DNA from: an uncultured Acidobacteriota bacterium
GTDB taxonomy: Bacteria > Acidobacteriota > Thermoanaerobaculia > UBA5066 > Gp7-AA6
DNA: 64,000 nucleotides
Direction of reading: 5' to 3'
NCBI GenBank assembly: GCA_963843325.1
Contig: CAWJKC010000007.1
Coordinates: forward strand, 89,601 to 153,600
Shown here: positions 26,806 through 38,647 of the stretch, piece after piece
Layout: each line of letters starts with the position of its first letter
Numbering within the stretch: the first letter of the stretch is position 1
The notes under the pieces: generated by a model
Told to the model about the DNA's origin: nothing
Databases searched by the model: none
What the model saw: the letters and a program-made list of their open reading frames with translations, nothing else
Made by a program: the position numbers and the translations under genes

Positions 26806-28404
26806 TCACTCCTTGTTCGTCGGGTCGTTGAAGAGCACCGTGAGCTTGATGCTGCCGTGGCCGAACTGCGGGAAGTTCGGGGTGCTCGGATCGCCGGGAT
26901 CCAGGTTCGAAGCCGTGTCGTCGGGCGGGAACAGGACCAGGGACTGCAGGAAGTCGAGGACCGCGCGCTTGCGGTCCGCGTCGAGGCCGTCGAAATCGTC
27001 GCGGGCCTTCTGGGCCTCGTTGCCGTGCCGCAGGATGACTTCCGTGAGGTTGATGCTCCGGCCGTCGTGGCCGTAGGCCACCTTGCTGCCGACGCCCCAG
27101 AGCGGCCGGGTCAGGAACTCCTTCTGGAGCGTGCCGTCCCAGTTGCGCTCGTAGAAGTTCGGACCGAGGTCGTGGCGCTTGAAGTCGGTCAGGATGTTCC
27201 GGACGAGAAAGGGCTGGTACCGCGGCTTCTTCAGGGCGGGATAGCCGCTGCCGTCGTCCACGGCGTCGGCGAGGGCCGTGGCCGTGGCGAAGAGCTTGTT
27301 CAGGTTGCCGCGCTCGGAGTCGTACGCCGTCTCGACGTCGGCGACGCGGCGGTCCCGGTCGATCTGCAGGTCGGGCACGTGGCACGACGCGCAGCCGATC
27401 TGCTTGAACGTGCGCAGCCCCTTCTGCGTCACCTCGGTCTGCTTGTAGGTGGCGGGCTTGAAATAGTTGAGCAGGTAGAACTCGAGGTAGTCCACGACCG
27501 CGGTCGGGATCTCGTTGCCCGACACGTTTCCGTCCGGGTCGAAGGCGGGATTCGGAATGGGCGCCGCCTCGATCTTCTCGAGCGTGCCGTCGAGGACCAT
27601 TCCGGCCGGGGTGGTGACCCGGCCGGGCGACGTCGCCTTCGCGAGGTCCGGGTCGGCCGCGTCCAGGCCCATCTCGCCGTGCAGCGCCCCGACGACGAAC
27701 TCGCGGATCGAGATCGTCTGTCCGTGCGCGAAGAAGGGGCGGACGCGCAGGTCGGCGTCGACGCCCTCGACGTGGGAGGTGTCGACGGTGCCGTTCGGGA
27801 AGGCCGTGATCGAGCCGTAGTCGATGTCCTTGGCCTTGAGCCTCTTCGTGACCGGCCGGCCGTTGCGCTGGGCGGTCGTGACCGCGTCGTTGCGAATGTT
27901 CCGGAGCTGTCCCGTGATCTCGTCGGCCAGCATCTCCTTCAGCCCGAGGCCGAACAGGTGGGGCGCGTCGCGGCTGTCGGGGCGCGTCACGACGTCGCCG
28001 CCCGTGCCCGCCGAGCCGCGCGGACGGCCGTGGCAGGAGGCGCAGCTGTCCGAGAGGCCCGCGCCGATCGCGATCGTGGTGTTGATGTCCCCCTCGCCGT
28101 CGTCCACGCCGGGTCCCTGCAACTGCAGCCGGGTGAACTTGCGCTGGAAGATCTGTCGGCCGCGCCGGATCGCGCGGAACGGGTCGCGGTTGATCACGAA
28201 CGCCGCGGAGTCCGGGGTCATCGCGTTCCCGCGGCCCGCGCCGATCTGCTCGGCAATGGACTTGTGAATGCCGTCCAGGGCCAGGTTGGGCGCCTGCGTC
28301 GCATCGACCATCTGGCCCCTGGCCGGCCCGGAGCCGGCGAGGCCGCCCAGAACGATCGAGCCGAAGAGGACCGCCAGCCGGCGGCCGGAACAGTGCCTTG
28401 TCAT
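26806..28404 (-). CDS. di-haem oxidoreductase family protein (DUF1111)
   Basis: 532-aa ORF with a signal peptide and two CxxCH motifs (CASCHG, CASCHV). LRVRPFFAHG and PLWGVGSKVAYGHDGR are typical of DUF1111. Confidence 0.8.
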   Translation of the reverse strand: MTRHCSGRRLAVLFGSIVLGGLAGSGPARGQMVDATQAPNLALDGIHKSIAEQIGAGRGNAMTPDSAAFVINRDPFRAIRRGRQIFQRKFTRLQLQGPGVDDGEGDINTTIAIGAGLSDSCASCHGRPRGSAGTGGDVVTRPDSRDAPHLFGLGLKEMLADEITGQLRNIRNDAVTTAQRNGRPVTKRLKAKDIDYGSITAFPNGTVDTSHVEGVDADLRVRPFFAHGQTISIREFVVGALHGEMGLDAADPDLAKATSPGRVTTPAGMVLDGTLEKIEAAPIPNPAFDPDGNVSGNEIPTAVVDYLEFYLLNYFKPATYKQTEVTQKGLRTFKQIGCASCHVPDLQIDRDRRVADVETAYDSERGNLNKLFATATALADAVDDGSGYPALKKPRYQPFLVRNILTDFKRHDLGPNFYERNWDGTLQKEFLTRPLWGVGSKVAYGHDGRSINLTEVILRHGNEAQKARDDFDGLDADRKRAVLDFLQSLVLFPPDDTASNLDPGDPSTPNFPQFGHGSIKLTVLFNDPTNKE

Positions 28405-28464
28405 TGTGGGCCTCCCTGATTCCTAGAGCGGAATCCGGGAGCGAAAGACGACAGGCGCCGCGCC

Positions 28465-29463
28465 TCAGAAGTAGTCGGCGCGGCGCTCCCGATAGAACTC
28501 GACCGTCCGGTCGAGCCCGTCGCGCAGGCTCGTCGTCGGCTCCCAGCCGAGCAGCCCGCGGATCTTGGTGATGTCGGAGACGAAGTCGCCGGGCTCCTGC
28601 GCCTTGCGCTCGGGGGTGAAGTCGGTGAACTCCAGCCGCGTTCCGGCCACGAGCTCCCGGAGCAGCTCCGCGACTTCGAGGAAGGTCGAGGGGCGGTCGT
28701 GCCCGACGTTCAAGACCTCGCCCACCGCGCGCGGCTCCACGGCGGCGCGGACGAGCGCCTCGACGCAGTCGTCCACGTAGAGGAAGTCGCGCAGGATCTT
28801 CCCGGAGCCGAAGATCGGGATCGGCTTTCCCTCGAGGGCCAGCCGCACGAACCAGTTCACGACGCCGAACTGGGAGTGCTTCATCTGGCCGCGCGGGCCG
28901 TAGACGTTCGTCAGCCGCAGCGGCACGGTCCGGATCCCGTGGATGCGCGTGTAGGTGCGGCAGATCATCTCGGCCGAGAGCTGCGAGATCTCGTAGATGC
29001 CGCGCGGGTCCGAGGGCGTCAGCTCGGAGACCGGCAGCTGGACGGCCGGGCCGTACTGGCCGCGAGTGCCCGAGCGCACGATGAGCGCGTCGGGGCTCAC
29101 CTTGCGGCAGGCCTCGAGCAGCACCGCCGTTCCCTTGATGTTGATGTCGATGTCGGGGTACGGGTTCGACAGCGACATGACGTGAGAGACCTGGGCCGCG
29201 AGGTGGAAGACGACCTCCTTGCCGGCGACGAGGCGCTCCATGGCGGCCGCGTCGCGCACGTCGGCGGCGTCGATCGTCACGTCGTCGCGGATCTCGCGGA
29301 TGTTGGCGGGATTGCCGCCGTAGCCTTCGATCATCGCGTCGCAGAGCGTGACGTTCGCGCCTTCCGCGAGGAGGCGTCGGGCGAGATTCGAGCCGATGAA
29401 GCCGAGTCCGCCGGTGATCAGGATGCGCTTGCCGGCGAGGGCTCCCATACGGATTGGAACCAT
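28465..29463 (-). CDS. NAD-dependent sugar epimerase/dehydratase (extended SDR)
   Basis: 332-aa ORF with a Rossmann motif ([14 protein letters not shown]) and a catalytic YxxxK-type region ([11 protein letters not shown]). Confidence 0.85.
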   Translation of the reverse strand: MVPIRMGALAGKRILITGGLGFIGSNLARRLLAEGANVTLCDAMIEGYGGNPANIREIRDDVTIDAADVRDAAAMERLVAGKEVVFHLAAQVSHVMSLSNPYPDIDINIKGTAVLLEACRKVSPDALIVRSGTRGQYGPAVQLPVSELTPSDPRGIYEISQLSAEMICRTYTRIHGIRTVPLRLTNVYGPRGQMKHSQFGVVNWFVRLALEGKPIPIFGSGKILRDFLYVDDCVEALVRAAVEPRAVGEVLNVGHDRPSTFLEVAELLRELVAGTRLEFTDFTPERKAQEPGDFVSDITKIRGLLGWEPTTSLRDGLDRTVEFYRERRADYF

Positions 29464-29546
29464 AGCACGGAGGCGAGCATCCTATATGCAACCCTATTGT
29501 TTACATATGTTTATGACAACAGTCTGCCGGCCATCGCGTCGTGCTG

Positions 29547-29573
29547 CTAGCACTCGTCATAGAGGAGTGCTAA
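29547..29573 (+). promoter_or_regulatory. CIRCE operator (HrcA binding site) upstream of groES
   Basis: CTAGCACTC-gtcatagag-GAGTGCTAA matches 17/18 positions of the TTAGCACTC-N9-GAGTGCTAA consensus. It lies 63 nt upstream of the groES ATG and is preceded by an unusually AT-rich stretch (29481-29520). Confidence 0.85.
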
Positions 29574-29635
29574 TATCCCGCTCCCCCCGGAAAGCGGGGG
29601 CCACACAAGGCAATACAACTTCAAGGAGGAAGTTC

Positions 29636-29929
29636 ATGAAAGTTCGTCCACTGTACGACCGGATCCTGGTCAAGCGACTCGAGATGGGTGAGATGAAGAA
29701 GGGCGGGATCATCATCCCGGACACCGCCAAGGAGAAGCCGATGGAGGCGGAGGTCGTCGCCGTCGGCAAGGGCAAGGTCAACGAGGACGGCAAGCAGTTT
29801 CCCCTCGACGTGAAGAAGGGCGACCGCATCCTCATCGGCAAGTACGCCGGCACCGAAATCAAGATCGACGACGAAGAGCACCTGATCCTCCGCGAGGACG
29901 AGGTGCTCGCGGTCGTCGAAGGGAAGTAA
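29636..29929 (+). CDS. groES: co-chaperonin GroES
   Basis: The translation is [46 protein letters not shown]... (97 aa). AAGGAGGA SD lies 5 nt upstream. Confidence 0.95.
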   Translation: MKVRPLYDRILVKRLEMGEMKKGGIIIPDTAKEKPMEAEVVAVGKGKVNEDGKQFPLDVKKGDRILIGKYAGTEIKIDDEEHLILREDEVLAVVEGK

Positions 29930-31609
<1,680 letters not shown>

Positions 31610-31630
31610 TAGACGTCCATCGTTGAACGT

Positions 31631-31659
31631 GGCCCCGGCGCAAGCCGGGGCCTTTTTTT
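31631..31659 (+). terminator. rho-independent terminator of groESL
   Basis: ggccccggc gcaa gccggggcc followed by ttttttt, 42 nt after the groEL stop. Confidence 0.8.
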
Positions 31660-31714
31660 GTTTCCGCGGGGCGCCACGGATGTGCTGAGATGACGCGCAA
31701 AAGGGGCCCTGTCC

Positions 31715-34357
31715 GTGCAACTTCGTCGTTTTCGTCCCTTCGGGGAGATGGCCGTCCTGGCGGGCGTGTACCTCGCCGTGGCCTGGATCAGCCTCGGCCT
31801 CGACTTCGCCGTGAACAACGTCACCGCGGTCTGGCCCCCGACGGGAATCGCTCTGGCCGCGCTCCTGCTGCGCGGCCCGGCCCTCTGGCCCGGCATCCTC
31901 GTCGGCTCGTTCCTGGCGAACTGGCTGACGAACGTTCCGGCGCTCGCGTCCGTGGGGGTCGGCGTCGGGGATGCGCTCGAATGCCTCGCCGCCTTCTGGC
32001 TGTTGCGCCGGGTCGGAATCCGCAACTCGCTCGACCGTTCCCGGGACGTGGGCGCGCTCCTGCTCGCGGCCATCGTGTGCGCGCCGCTCTCGGCGACGGT
32101 CGGGACCGCGTCCATGCTGGCCGGAGGAGCCATCGCCGGCGCCGACGCGCCGAGCCGCTGGCTGACCTGGTGCTTCGGCGACGCCGCGGGAGTGACCCTG
32201 GTCGCTCCGGTGGTCCTGACGTGGCTCTGCCGTCCCCGGCCGCTGCGCGGGGCCGCCGGGCCAGGTGAGCGGGCGGCGCTTCTGACGACACTCGCGGTCG
32301 TGATCTTCGTCGTGTTCGGCAGGGGCTATCCGTTTCTGTATCCAATCTTCCCGGTGCTCGTGTGGGCGGGGCTGCGCTGCGGGACGCGCGTGACGGCGTC
32401 GGCGAGCCTCGCGATCGCGGCCGCGAGCGTCGTATTTCCAGGACCGCGTCCTGCCCGCGGGCGGCGCCGCAGGCGGCGGCATCTATCACCTTCTCGCCTT
32501 CGACGCGCTCGCGGGCGCGACGGCGCTCCTGCTCGCCGCCACCGTCGTCGAGCGCGAGGCGGCGCGCGACGAGGAGAAGCGGTCGCTCAACCTCCTCGAG
32601 GCGCTCTTTTCCGGCATGGCCGCCCGGGTCTTCGTCAAGGACCTCGCCGGCCGCTACCTGATGGTCAATCCCGTCGCCGCCGGGACTCTGGGAGCGCCGG
32701 CGCGGGACATCGTCGGTCGGACCGACCTCGAGATTCTCGAACCCGAGGCGTGGCCGGCGGCCCGCGCCGCCGATCGCGCGGTGATCGCGAGCGGCCAGGC
32801 GCGCACGCTCGAGGAGCGATTCCGGGGGCCCGCGGGCGAGCGGACCTTCCTGACCACCCTCGGGCCCTTTCGCGACGCGAGCGGCGGGGTGGCGGGCGTC
32901 GTCGGCATCGCGCGCGACATCACCGCGCGCAAGCAGATCGAGGACCGGCTGCGGGAGTCGGAGGAGAAATACCGCTCGCTGGTCGAGAGCGCGTCGGACT
33001 ACATCTGCACGTTCGACGAGGAGGGCCGATTCCTCTTCCTGAACCGGCCCGCGCCCGGCTTCGACGCCGCGAAGATGATCGGCACCACGGTCTACGAGTA
33101 TTCGGCGCCCGAGCACCACGAAACGATCCGGCGGACGATCGCCGAGGTCTTCCGCACGGGGCAGCCGGGAGCCTACGAGATCCGCGGCGCCGGCGACCAC
33201 GGCGCCCCGACGTGGTACCGCTGTTCGGTCGCGCCGCTGCTCGAGGACGGCGGCGTTCGGGCGGTGATGGTCACGTCCAACGACATCACGCGAGCGCCGC
33301 GACATGGAGGAGAAGCTGCGGGAATCGGAGGAGCAATTCCGTTCCCTGGTGGAGAACGCTCCGGACTTCATCTCGACGTTCGGCGCCGACGGGCGCATCT
33401 GGTTTCTGAACCGGGCCGCGCCCGGGCACGAGGTGTCGATGTTCGTCGGCAGGAACGCGTACGACTTCATTCCGGCCGGGCGACCAGGCGCGCGTCCGCG
33501 GCATGCTCGACCAGGTGTTCCAGACGGGCGCGGCCGTGACGTTCGAAACCGGCTGGAAGGTCGGGGAGGGGCCGGCCCGTTCCTTCCGGTGCCGCGTCGG
33601 GCCCCTGCGCCAGGACGGTCAGGTCGTCGCCGCCCTGGTCGTCTCGTCCGACGTCACCGAAACGCAGAAAGCCGAGTCGGAGCTCAAGCTGTCCCGCGAG
33701 CGGCTGCGGCAGGTGTCGCGCAGGCTGATCGAGGCCCAGGAGACCGAGCGCAGCCACATCGCCCGCGAGCTGCACGACGAGATCGGCCAGGCCCTGACGG
33801 CCGTGAAGATCAGCCTCCAGGCCGCCGAGTCGCGGGCCCCCGCCCCCGACGTGCGCAGCCGCCTGGAAGAGAGCACGCTGATCGTGGACGAAGCCCTCGA
33901 CCAGGTGCGCAACATGTCGGTCGCCCTGCGGCCGTCGCTGCTCGACGACCTCGGGCTCGTTCCGGCGCTCCGGTGGTACCTCGATCAGCAGTCCGCGCGC
34001 GGCGGCTTCGAGGCGCACTTCGAAGCGGATGCGGAGATCGAGGCGACCTCCGAGGTCCAGACCGCCTGCTTCCGCATCGCGCAGGAGGCCCTGACGAACG
34101 TGTCCCGGCACGCCTCCGCGCGGGCCGTGCGGCTCGAAGTGCGGCAGGCCGGCGGACGGGTGCGGCTCGCCGTCAGCGACGACGGCAGGGGCTTCGAGGT
34201 GGCTCGCGTGTTCGAACGCTCCGGCGCCGACGCCAGCCTCGGCCTGCACGGGATGCGCGAGCGCGCGCGTCTGCTCGGCGGGCGCGTCACCGTGCAGTCC
34301 GAGCCCGAGCGCGGCACCGTCGTCCGTGCCGAGTTCCCGTCGGCCCCGGCCGAATGA
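31715..34357 (+). CDS. MASE1 - 3x PAS - HisKA_3/HATPase sensor histidine kinase (frameshifted near 32435, 33295, 33480)
   Basis: The MASE1 membrane domain is in ORF 31715.. (AVWPPTGIALAALLLRGPALWPGILVGSFLAN). The PAS units are in ORFs 32616.. and 33304.. (ARDITARKQIEDRLRESEEKYRSLVE; EEKLRESEEQFRSLVENAPDFI). The kinase core is in ORF 33503..34357 (ERSHIARELHDEIGQALT, QEALTNVSRHA, DDGRGF, GLHGMRERA). Confidence 0.8.
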
Positions 34358-35005
34358 CGCCGCCGATTCGTATCCTGCTCGCCGAGGACCACGCGCTCGT
34401 CCGCGCGGGGATCCGGTCCCTGCTGGCCTCCGTGCCCGACCTCGAGGTGGTGGGGGAGGCGGGCGACGGCCGGGAGGCGCTGGCGATCCTGGAGAGAATC
34501 CCGGCCGACGTCGTGATCCTGGACATCACGATGCCCGGCATGAACGGCCTCGAGGCGGCCTCGCGCATCGCCGAGCGGTGGCCCGCAACGAAGGTCATCA
34601 TTCTCTCGATGCACTCCAACGAAGAGTACGTGTCGCGGGCGCTGCGCGCCGGCGCGGCGGGCTATCTCCTGAAGGACGCCGGCACGTCCGAGCTCGAGGC
34701 GGCGATCCGCTCGGTCGTGCGGGGCCAGACGTTCCTGTCGGCGGCCGTTTCGCGGCGCGCGGCCCGCCGGCGATGGCGCCGCGCAGAGGCCGACCGCGCT
34801 CGAGGCCCTCACGCCGCGGCAGCGGGAGGTCCTCCAGCTGATCGCCGAGGGGCACTCCACCAAGGGGACTGCCGCGGTGCTCGGTCTGAGCGTCAAGACC
34901 GTCGAGACTCACCGGACGCAGCTCATGCAGCGCCTGGCGATCCACGACGTCGCGGGGCTCGTGCGGTACGCCATGCGCGCGGGGCTGATCAACCCGGATC
35001 GGTAG
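34354..35005 (+). CDS. NarL/FixJ-family response regulator (frameshifted near 34785)
   Basis: ATG at 34354 overlaps the kinase stop (ATGA). The receiver is IRILLAEDHALVRAGI...DVVILDITMPGMNG...VIILSMH...GYLLKD. The LuxR-type HTH is in the next frame: LTPRQREVLQLIAEGHSTKGTAAVLGLSVKTVETHR. Confidence 0.85.
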
Positions 35006-35064
35006 CGTCTCAGGTGTTTGCCCGAATGGCGCGCCCGCGGTCCGGGGCGAGATGATGTACGGGC

Positions 35065-35598
35065 GTGCGGATCGAACTCAACGGCCAGGCGCCCACGGGC
35101 GACATCCGTGTCCTCGTCATCGACGGGCAGGCCGACGGGCGTTGGGCGCCGAGCCTCGCGCTGATGGCCGAGCCCGCCATGAAAATGGTGGGGCTGGTGC
35201 GCCCCGGGCCCGAGGCGATTCGCCGCGCCGCCCGCCACAGGCCGGACCTCGTGCTGCTGGACATCGGGGACTCGTCGGCGGCGGGGCTGGAGCTGTTGCG
35301 GCGCCTCAAGGCACGGCCGGCGCCCCCGCGCGTCGTGCTGATCGCGGAGGCGGTCCCGATCGGGCTGCGGGCGGCCATGCGGGAGGCGGGCGCCGACGGG
35401 ATCGTTGCGCGAGGTGCCTTTGCCTTGCCGCTGCTGGAGCTGGTCGACCGGTTCTTCGCGCCGCCCGAGGAATTGCTCGCGATCCCGGACCCGTGCGCCG
35501 CGCCGGTCGCCGCGGCCGAGGGCTGGGGCAGCGCTCCGAGCGGTCCGCGACGGGTTGCCTACCGCCGCGTTCCCCGCGGCGAGCGGGCCATCAACTAG
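35065..35598 (+). CDS. stand-alone receiver-like protein with degenerate active-site residues
   Basis: 177-aa ORF. The receiver layout is IRVLVIDGQADG...PDLVLLDIGD...VVLIAEA...GADGIVARG. The phospho-acceptor Asp is present, but the conserved Thr/Ser and Lys positions appear to be replaced (A, R). Confidence 0.6.
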   Translation: MRIELNGQAPTGDIRVLVIDGQADGRWAPSLALMAEPAMKMVGLVRPGPEAIRRAARHRPDLVLLDIGDSSAAGLELLRRLKARPAPPRVVLIAEAVPIGLRAAMREAGADGIVARGAFALPLLELVDRFFAPPEELLAIPDPCAAPVAAAEGWGSAPSGPRRVAYRRVPRGERAIN

Positions 35599-35605
35599 CC
35601 GGCGG

Positions 35606-36469
35606 CTAGAAAATCCCTTCGAACGTCTTGCAGACGCCCGGGTCCCCGGAGGTCAGCCCGCGGCGCAGCCATTCGACGCGCTGCTGGGACGATCCATGCG
35701 TCCAGGACTCGGGTTGCACGCGGCCCGTCGACATCTTCTGGAGGCGGTCGTCGCCGATCGCCGCCGCCGCCTTCAGGCCCGCCTCCGCGTCCCCGGGCTC
35801 GAGGAGCCCCTTGCGCGCGCCACGGTTGCCCCAGACCCCCGCAAAGCAATCGGCCTGAAGCTCGAGCCGGACGGAGAGCTGGTTGGCGTCCTCCCGGGAG
35901 CTGCGGCTGCGCAGATCGTCGACCTTGTCGGCGATGCCGAGCTGCTGCTGCACGTGGTGGCCGATCTCGTGGGCGATCACGTATGCGCGCGCGAAGTCTC
36001 CCGGTGCGCCGAAGCGCCGGGACAGCTCGTCGAAAAATCCGAGGTCGAGGTAGACCTTCCGGTCGCGCGGACAGTAGAAGGGACCTTGCGCCGCCGACCC
36101 GTACCCGCATGCGGTCGGCGTTTCGTCCGTGAAGAGAACGAGCTTCGGCAGCTCGTACTGCTTGCCGGACGCGGCGAAGATGGAAGTCCACGTGTCCTCC
36201 GTGTCGGCGAGGACCGCCGAGACGAATTTCTTGCCCTGGTCTTCGGCGCCGGGTGCGGCGGGGGAGCCGCCGGAAGGAGGAGCCGAAACGCTGCCCGAGT
36301 CCGTCGAGCCGTTCAGGATCTGCAGGATGCGAAGGGGATTGCTGCCGGTGAGCAGCGAGATGACGACGACGACGATGAGGGTTCCGCAGCCGCCGATCGC
36401 GACGCGCCCGCCGCCAAAGCCTCGCCGGTCTTCGACCTGGTCGCTCTGCCTTCCGTCCTCCCAACGCAT
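35606..36469 (-). CDS. ypfJ: YpfJ-family neutral zinc metallopeptidase
   Basis: ATG at 36469 (MRWEDGRQSDQVEDRRG), one TM helix, then GPFYCPRDRKVYLDLGFF, AYVIAHEIGHHVQ and LELQADCFAGVW. It is in the tail of ORF 35606..37564. Confidence 0.8.
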   Translation of the reverse strand: MRWEDGRQSDQVEDRRGFGGGRVAIGGCGTLIVVVVISLLTGSNPLRILQILNGSTDSGSVSAPPSGGSPAAPGAEDQGKKFVSAVLADTEDTWTSIFAASGKQYELPKLVLFTDETPTACGYGSAAQGPFYCPRDRKVYLDLGFFDELSRRFGAPGDFARAYVIAHEIGHHVQQQLGIADKVDDLRSRSSREDANQLSVRLELQADCFAGVWGNRGARKGLLEPGDAEAGLKAAAAIGDDRLQKMSTGRVQPESWTHGSSQQRVEWLRRGLTSGDPGVCKTFEGIF

Positions 36470-36571
36470 GGGCGACGTTATACACCCCGCGGAGAGCGGC
36501 GCCAGGAATGCACAGAGACCGTAGCAACAACAGGAACCATTGCTTACGATTATCATGATATCCTGAACCCA

Positions 36572-37726
36572 ATGTTTCGCCGATTGATTCGGCTTCCCGA
36601 GCGTCCCCGCGAGTCGTTCTTCCTGTGGGGCCCGCGCCAGACCGGGAAGAGCGCGCTGCTGAAGGCGCTCTATCCGCAGGCGATCCGCATCGACCTCGCG
36701 AAGACGGAAGATTTCGTCCGGTACAGCGAGCGGCCCGCTCTCCTGCGCGACGTGCTCGAGAACAGTCCGCCCGATCCGGTCGTCGTGATCGACGAGATCC
36801 AGAAGGTCCCGCCGCTGCTCGAAGAAGTCCGCTGGCTCGCCGAGAACCGCGGGCGGGTCTTCGCAATGTCGGGCTCGAGCGCGCGGGCCGTGCGGCAGGC
36901 GACTCCCGCGCTGCCGCCCGGGCGCGTGGCGCGGTTCGATCTCTTCGGCCTGACGTCGGCCGAGATCGGCCGGCCCTTCGACCTCTGCCGGATGCTGAAC
37001 CACGGATACCTGCCGCGGCACTACCTCGCCGACGCTCCCGCGCGGCCGCTGCGCGCGTACGTCGAGAGCTACCTGAGGGAGGAGGCGCTGCTTTCGGGTC
37101 TGACGCGCAGCCTGCGCGCCTTCTCCGACTTCCTCTCGGCGGTCGCGCTGACCGACGCCGAGCTGGTCAACTACGCCACCATCGCCCGCGAGTGCGGGGT
37201 CTCGGCCCCGACGGCCCGCGAGTACTTCCAGGTCCTCGTGGACACCCGGCTGGGCCGGTTCCTTCCCGCGTTCACGAAGCGGCCCAAACGCCGGGTCATC
37301 GGAGCGCCCAAGTTCTTCCTGGCCGACGTCGGGATGGTCAACACGCTGGCGCGGCGCGGGGCGCTGACGCCGGGCTCCGAGCTCTTCGGCAAGGCGTTCG
37401 AGAACTGGATCTTCCACGAGCTGACCGCGGCCTCGCACTACCGCGAGCGCTACATGGAGCTCGCGTACTGGCGCCTGGCGAGCGGGATCGAGGTCGATTT
37501 CATCGTGGGCGACGTGCGGTGCGCGATCGAGGCCAAGCCGGCCTCGCGGGTCACCTCGGACCACCTGAAGGGGCTTCGCCAGCTGGCCGTGGATCAGCCG
37601 GGTGTGCGCCGCCGCGTCGTCGCATCGCTCGAGCCCAGCCCGCGCGTCACCGAGGATGGCATCGAGATCCTGCCCTGGCGCGTGTTCCTCGACCGTCTGT
37701 GGAGCGGGGAGTTCTGGGGCGAATGA
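36572..37726 (+). CDS. AAA ATPase with DUF4143 C-terminal domain (AAA_14 family)
   Basis: ATG at 36572. Walker A is LWGPRQTGKSAL and Walker B is VVVIDEIQKVP. The DUF4143-like part is NYATIARECGVSAPTAREYFQVLVDT...PKFFLADVG. Confidence 0.8.
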   Translation: MFRRLIRLPERPRESFFLWGPRQTGKSALLKALYPQAIRIDLAKTEDFVRYSERPALLRDVLENSPPDPVVVIDEIQKVPPLLEEVRWLAENRGRVFAMSGSSARAVRQATPALPPGRVARFDLFGLTSAEIGRPFDLCRMLNHGYLPRHYLADAPARPLRAYVESYLREEALLSGLTRSLRAFSDFLSAVALTDAELVNYATIARECGVSAPTAREYFQVLVDTRLGRFLPAFTKRPKRRVIGAPKFFLADVGMVNTLARRGALTPGSELFGKAFENWIFHELTAASHYRERYMELAYWRLASGIEVDFIVGDVRCAIEAKPASRVTSDHLKGLRQLAVDQPGVRRRVVASLEPSPRVTEDGIEILPWRVFLDRLWSGEFWGE

Positions 37727-38637
37727 GCGCCGCCGGGTCGGGCGGCAAGGTCGCGGCGGTCATCGTCCATTACCGCACGCCCGCCGAGACGACGGCCGCG
37801 GCGGCGGCCGTGGCGAGCACCGCGCCGGAGGCGGAGATCGTCGTCGTGGACAACGCCTCGGGCGATCGGGTCGGCGAGGCGCTCGCAGCGGCGGCCCCGG
37901 CGGCGAGGCTCATCACGGAGAGCGTCAACCGCGGCTACGGCGCGGCCTGCAACCGCGGCGCGCGCGAAACGAACCGCCCCTACCTCCTGTTCCTCAACTC
38001 GGATGCCGTCGTCCGGCCGGGCGCGATTGCCGCGCTCGCCGGCGCCCTCGACCGCGACGCGGGGCTCGCGGCGGCGGGTCCGCGCCTGCGCAACACCGAC
38101 GGCTCGGTCCAGGACTCCATCCGGAGGCTGCCGACCCCGTGGAGGATCTTGAGCGAGAGCTCGGGTCTCGCGTTCCTGTCGGGCGGCCGTGCGCCGTTCG
38201 AGGGCCACACCGCCACACGCCAGGACCACGCGCGAGCGCGCGAGGTCGAGGCCCTGATGGGCGCGGCCCTGCTCGTGCGCCGCGAGGCCTTCGAGCAGGT
38301 CGGCGGCTTCGACGAGGCCTTCTTTCTCTACGCGGAGGAGACGGACCTGATGGCCCGCTGGCGCTCGAGGGGCTGGCGGCTCTTCTTCGAGCCCGCGGCG
38401 GAGGTCGTCCACGCGGGAGGCCGCTCCGGGGGCGACCGGCTCTTCGGACAGCTGCACGCCTCGCTCGTGCGCTACGCGCGCAAGCACCATGGGCGCGCGG
38501 GCGCGGCGATCTCGGGGCTCGCGCTGGACGCGGGGGCGGCGGCGCGGTATGCCCTGGCGCTCGTGACGCCCGGCGAACGCGGCCGCGCGCGGCGCGCCCG
38601 CTACCGCGCGGCCCTGTCGCGGCGGCGTCACCCATAA
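37723..38637 (+). CDS. family 2 glycosyltransferase (rhamnosyltransferase-like)
   Basis: ATG at 37723 overlaps the upstream stop. Signatures are AAVIVHYRTP, VVVDNASGD, NRGYGAACNRG, FLNSDAVV and LYAEETDL. Confidence 0.8.
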   Translation: MSAAGSGGKVAAVIVHYRTPAETTAAAAAVASTAPEAEIVVVDNASGDRVGEALAAAAPAARLITESVNRGYGAACNRGARETNRPYLLFLNSDAVVRPGAIAALAGALDRDAGLAAAGPRLRNTDGSVQDSIRRLPTPWRILSESSGLAFLSGGRAPFEGHTATRQDHARAREVEALMGAALLVRREAFEQVGGFDEAFFLYAEETDLMARWRSRGWRLFFEPAAEVVHAGGRSGGDRLFGQLHASLVRYARKHHGRAGAAISGLALDAGAAARYALALVTPGERGRARRARYRAALSRRRHP

Positions 38638-38647
38638 TGCGCTCGCG

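Noticed and set aside
29481-29546. An explicit -35/-10 promoter call in the AT-rich stretch upstream of the groES CIRCE element.
   Set aside because: Several hexamer pairs are possible (TTGTTT, TTTACA, TATGTT, TATGAC). None has convincing spacing, so only the CIRCE operator is annotated.
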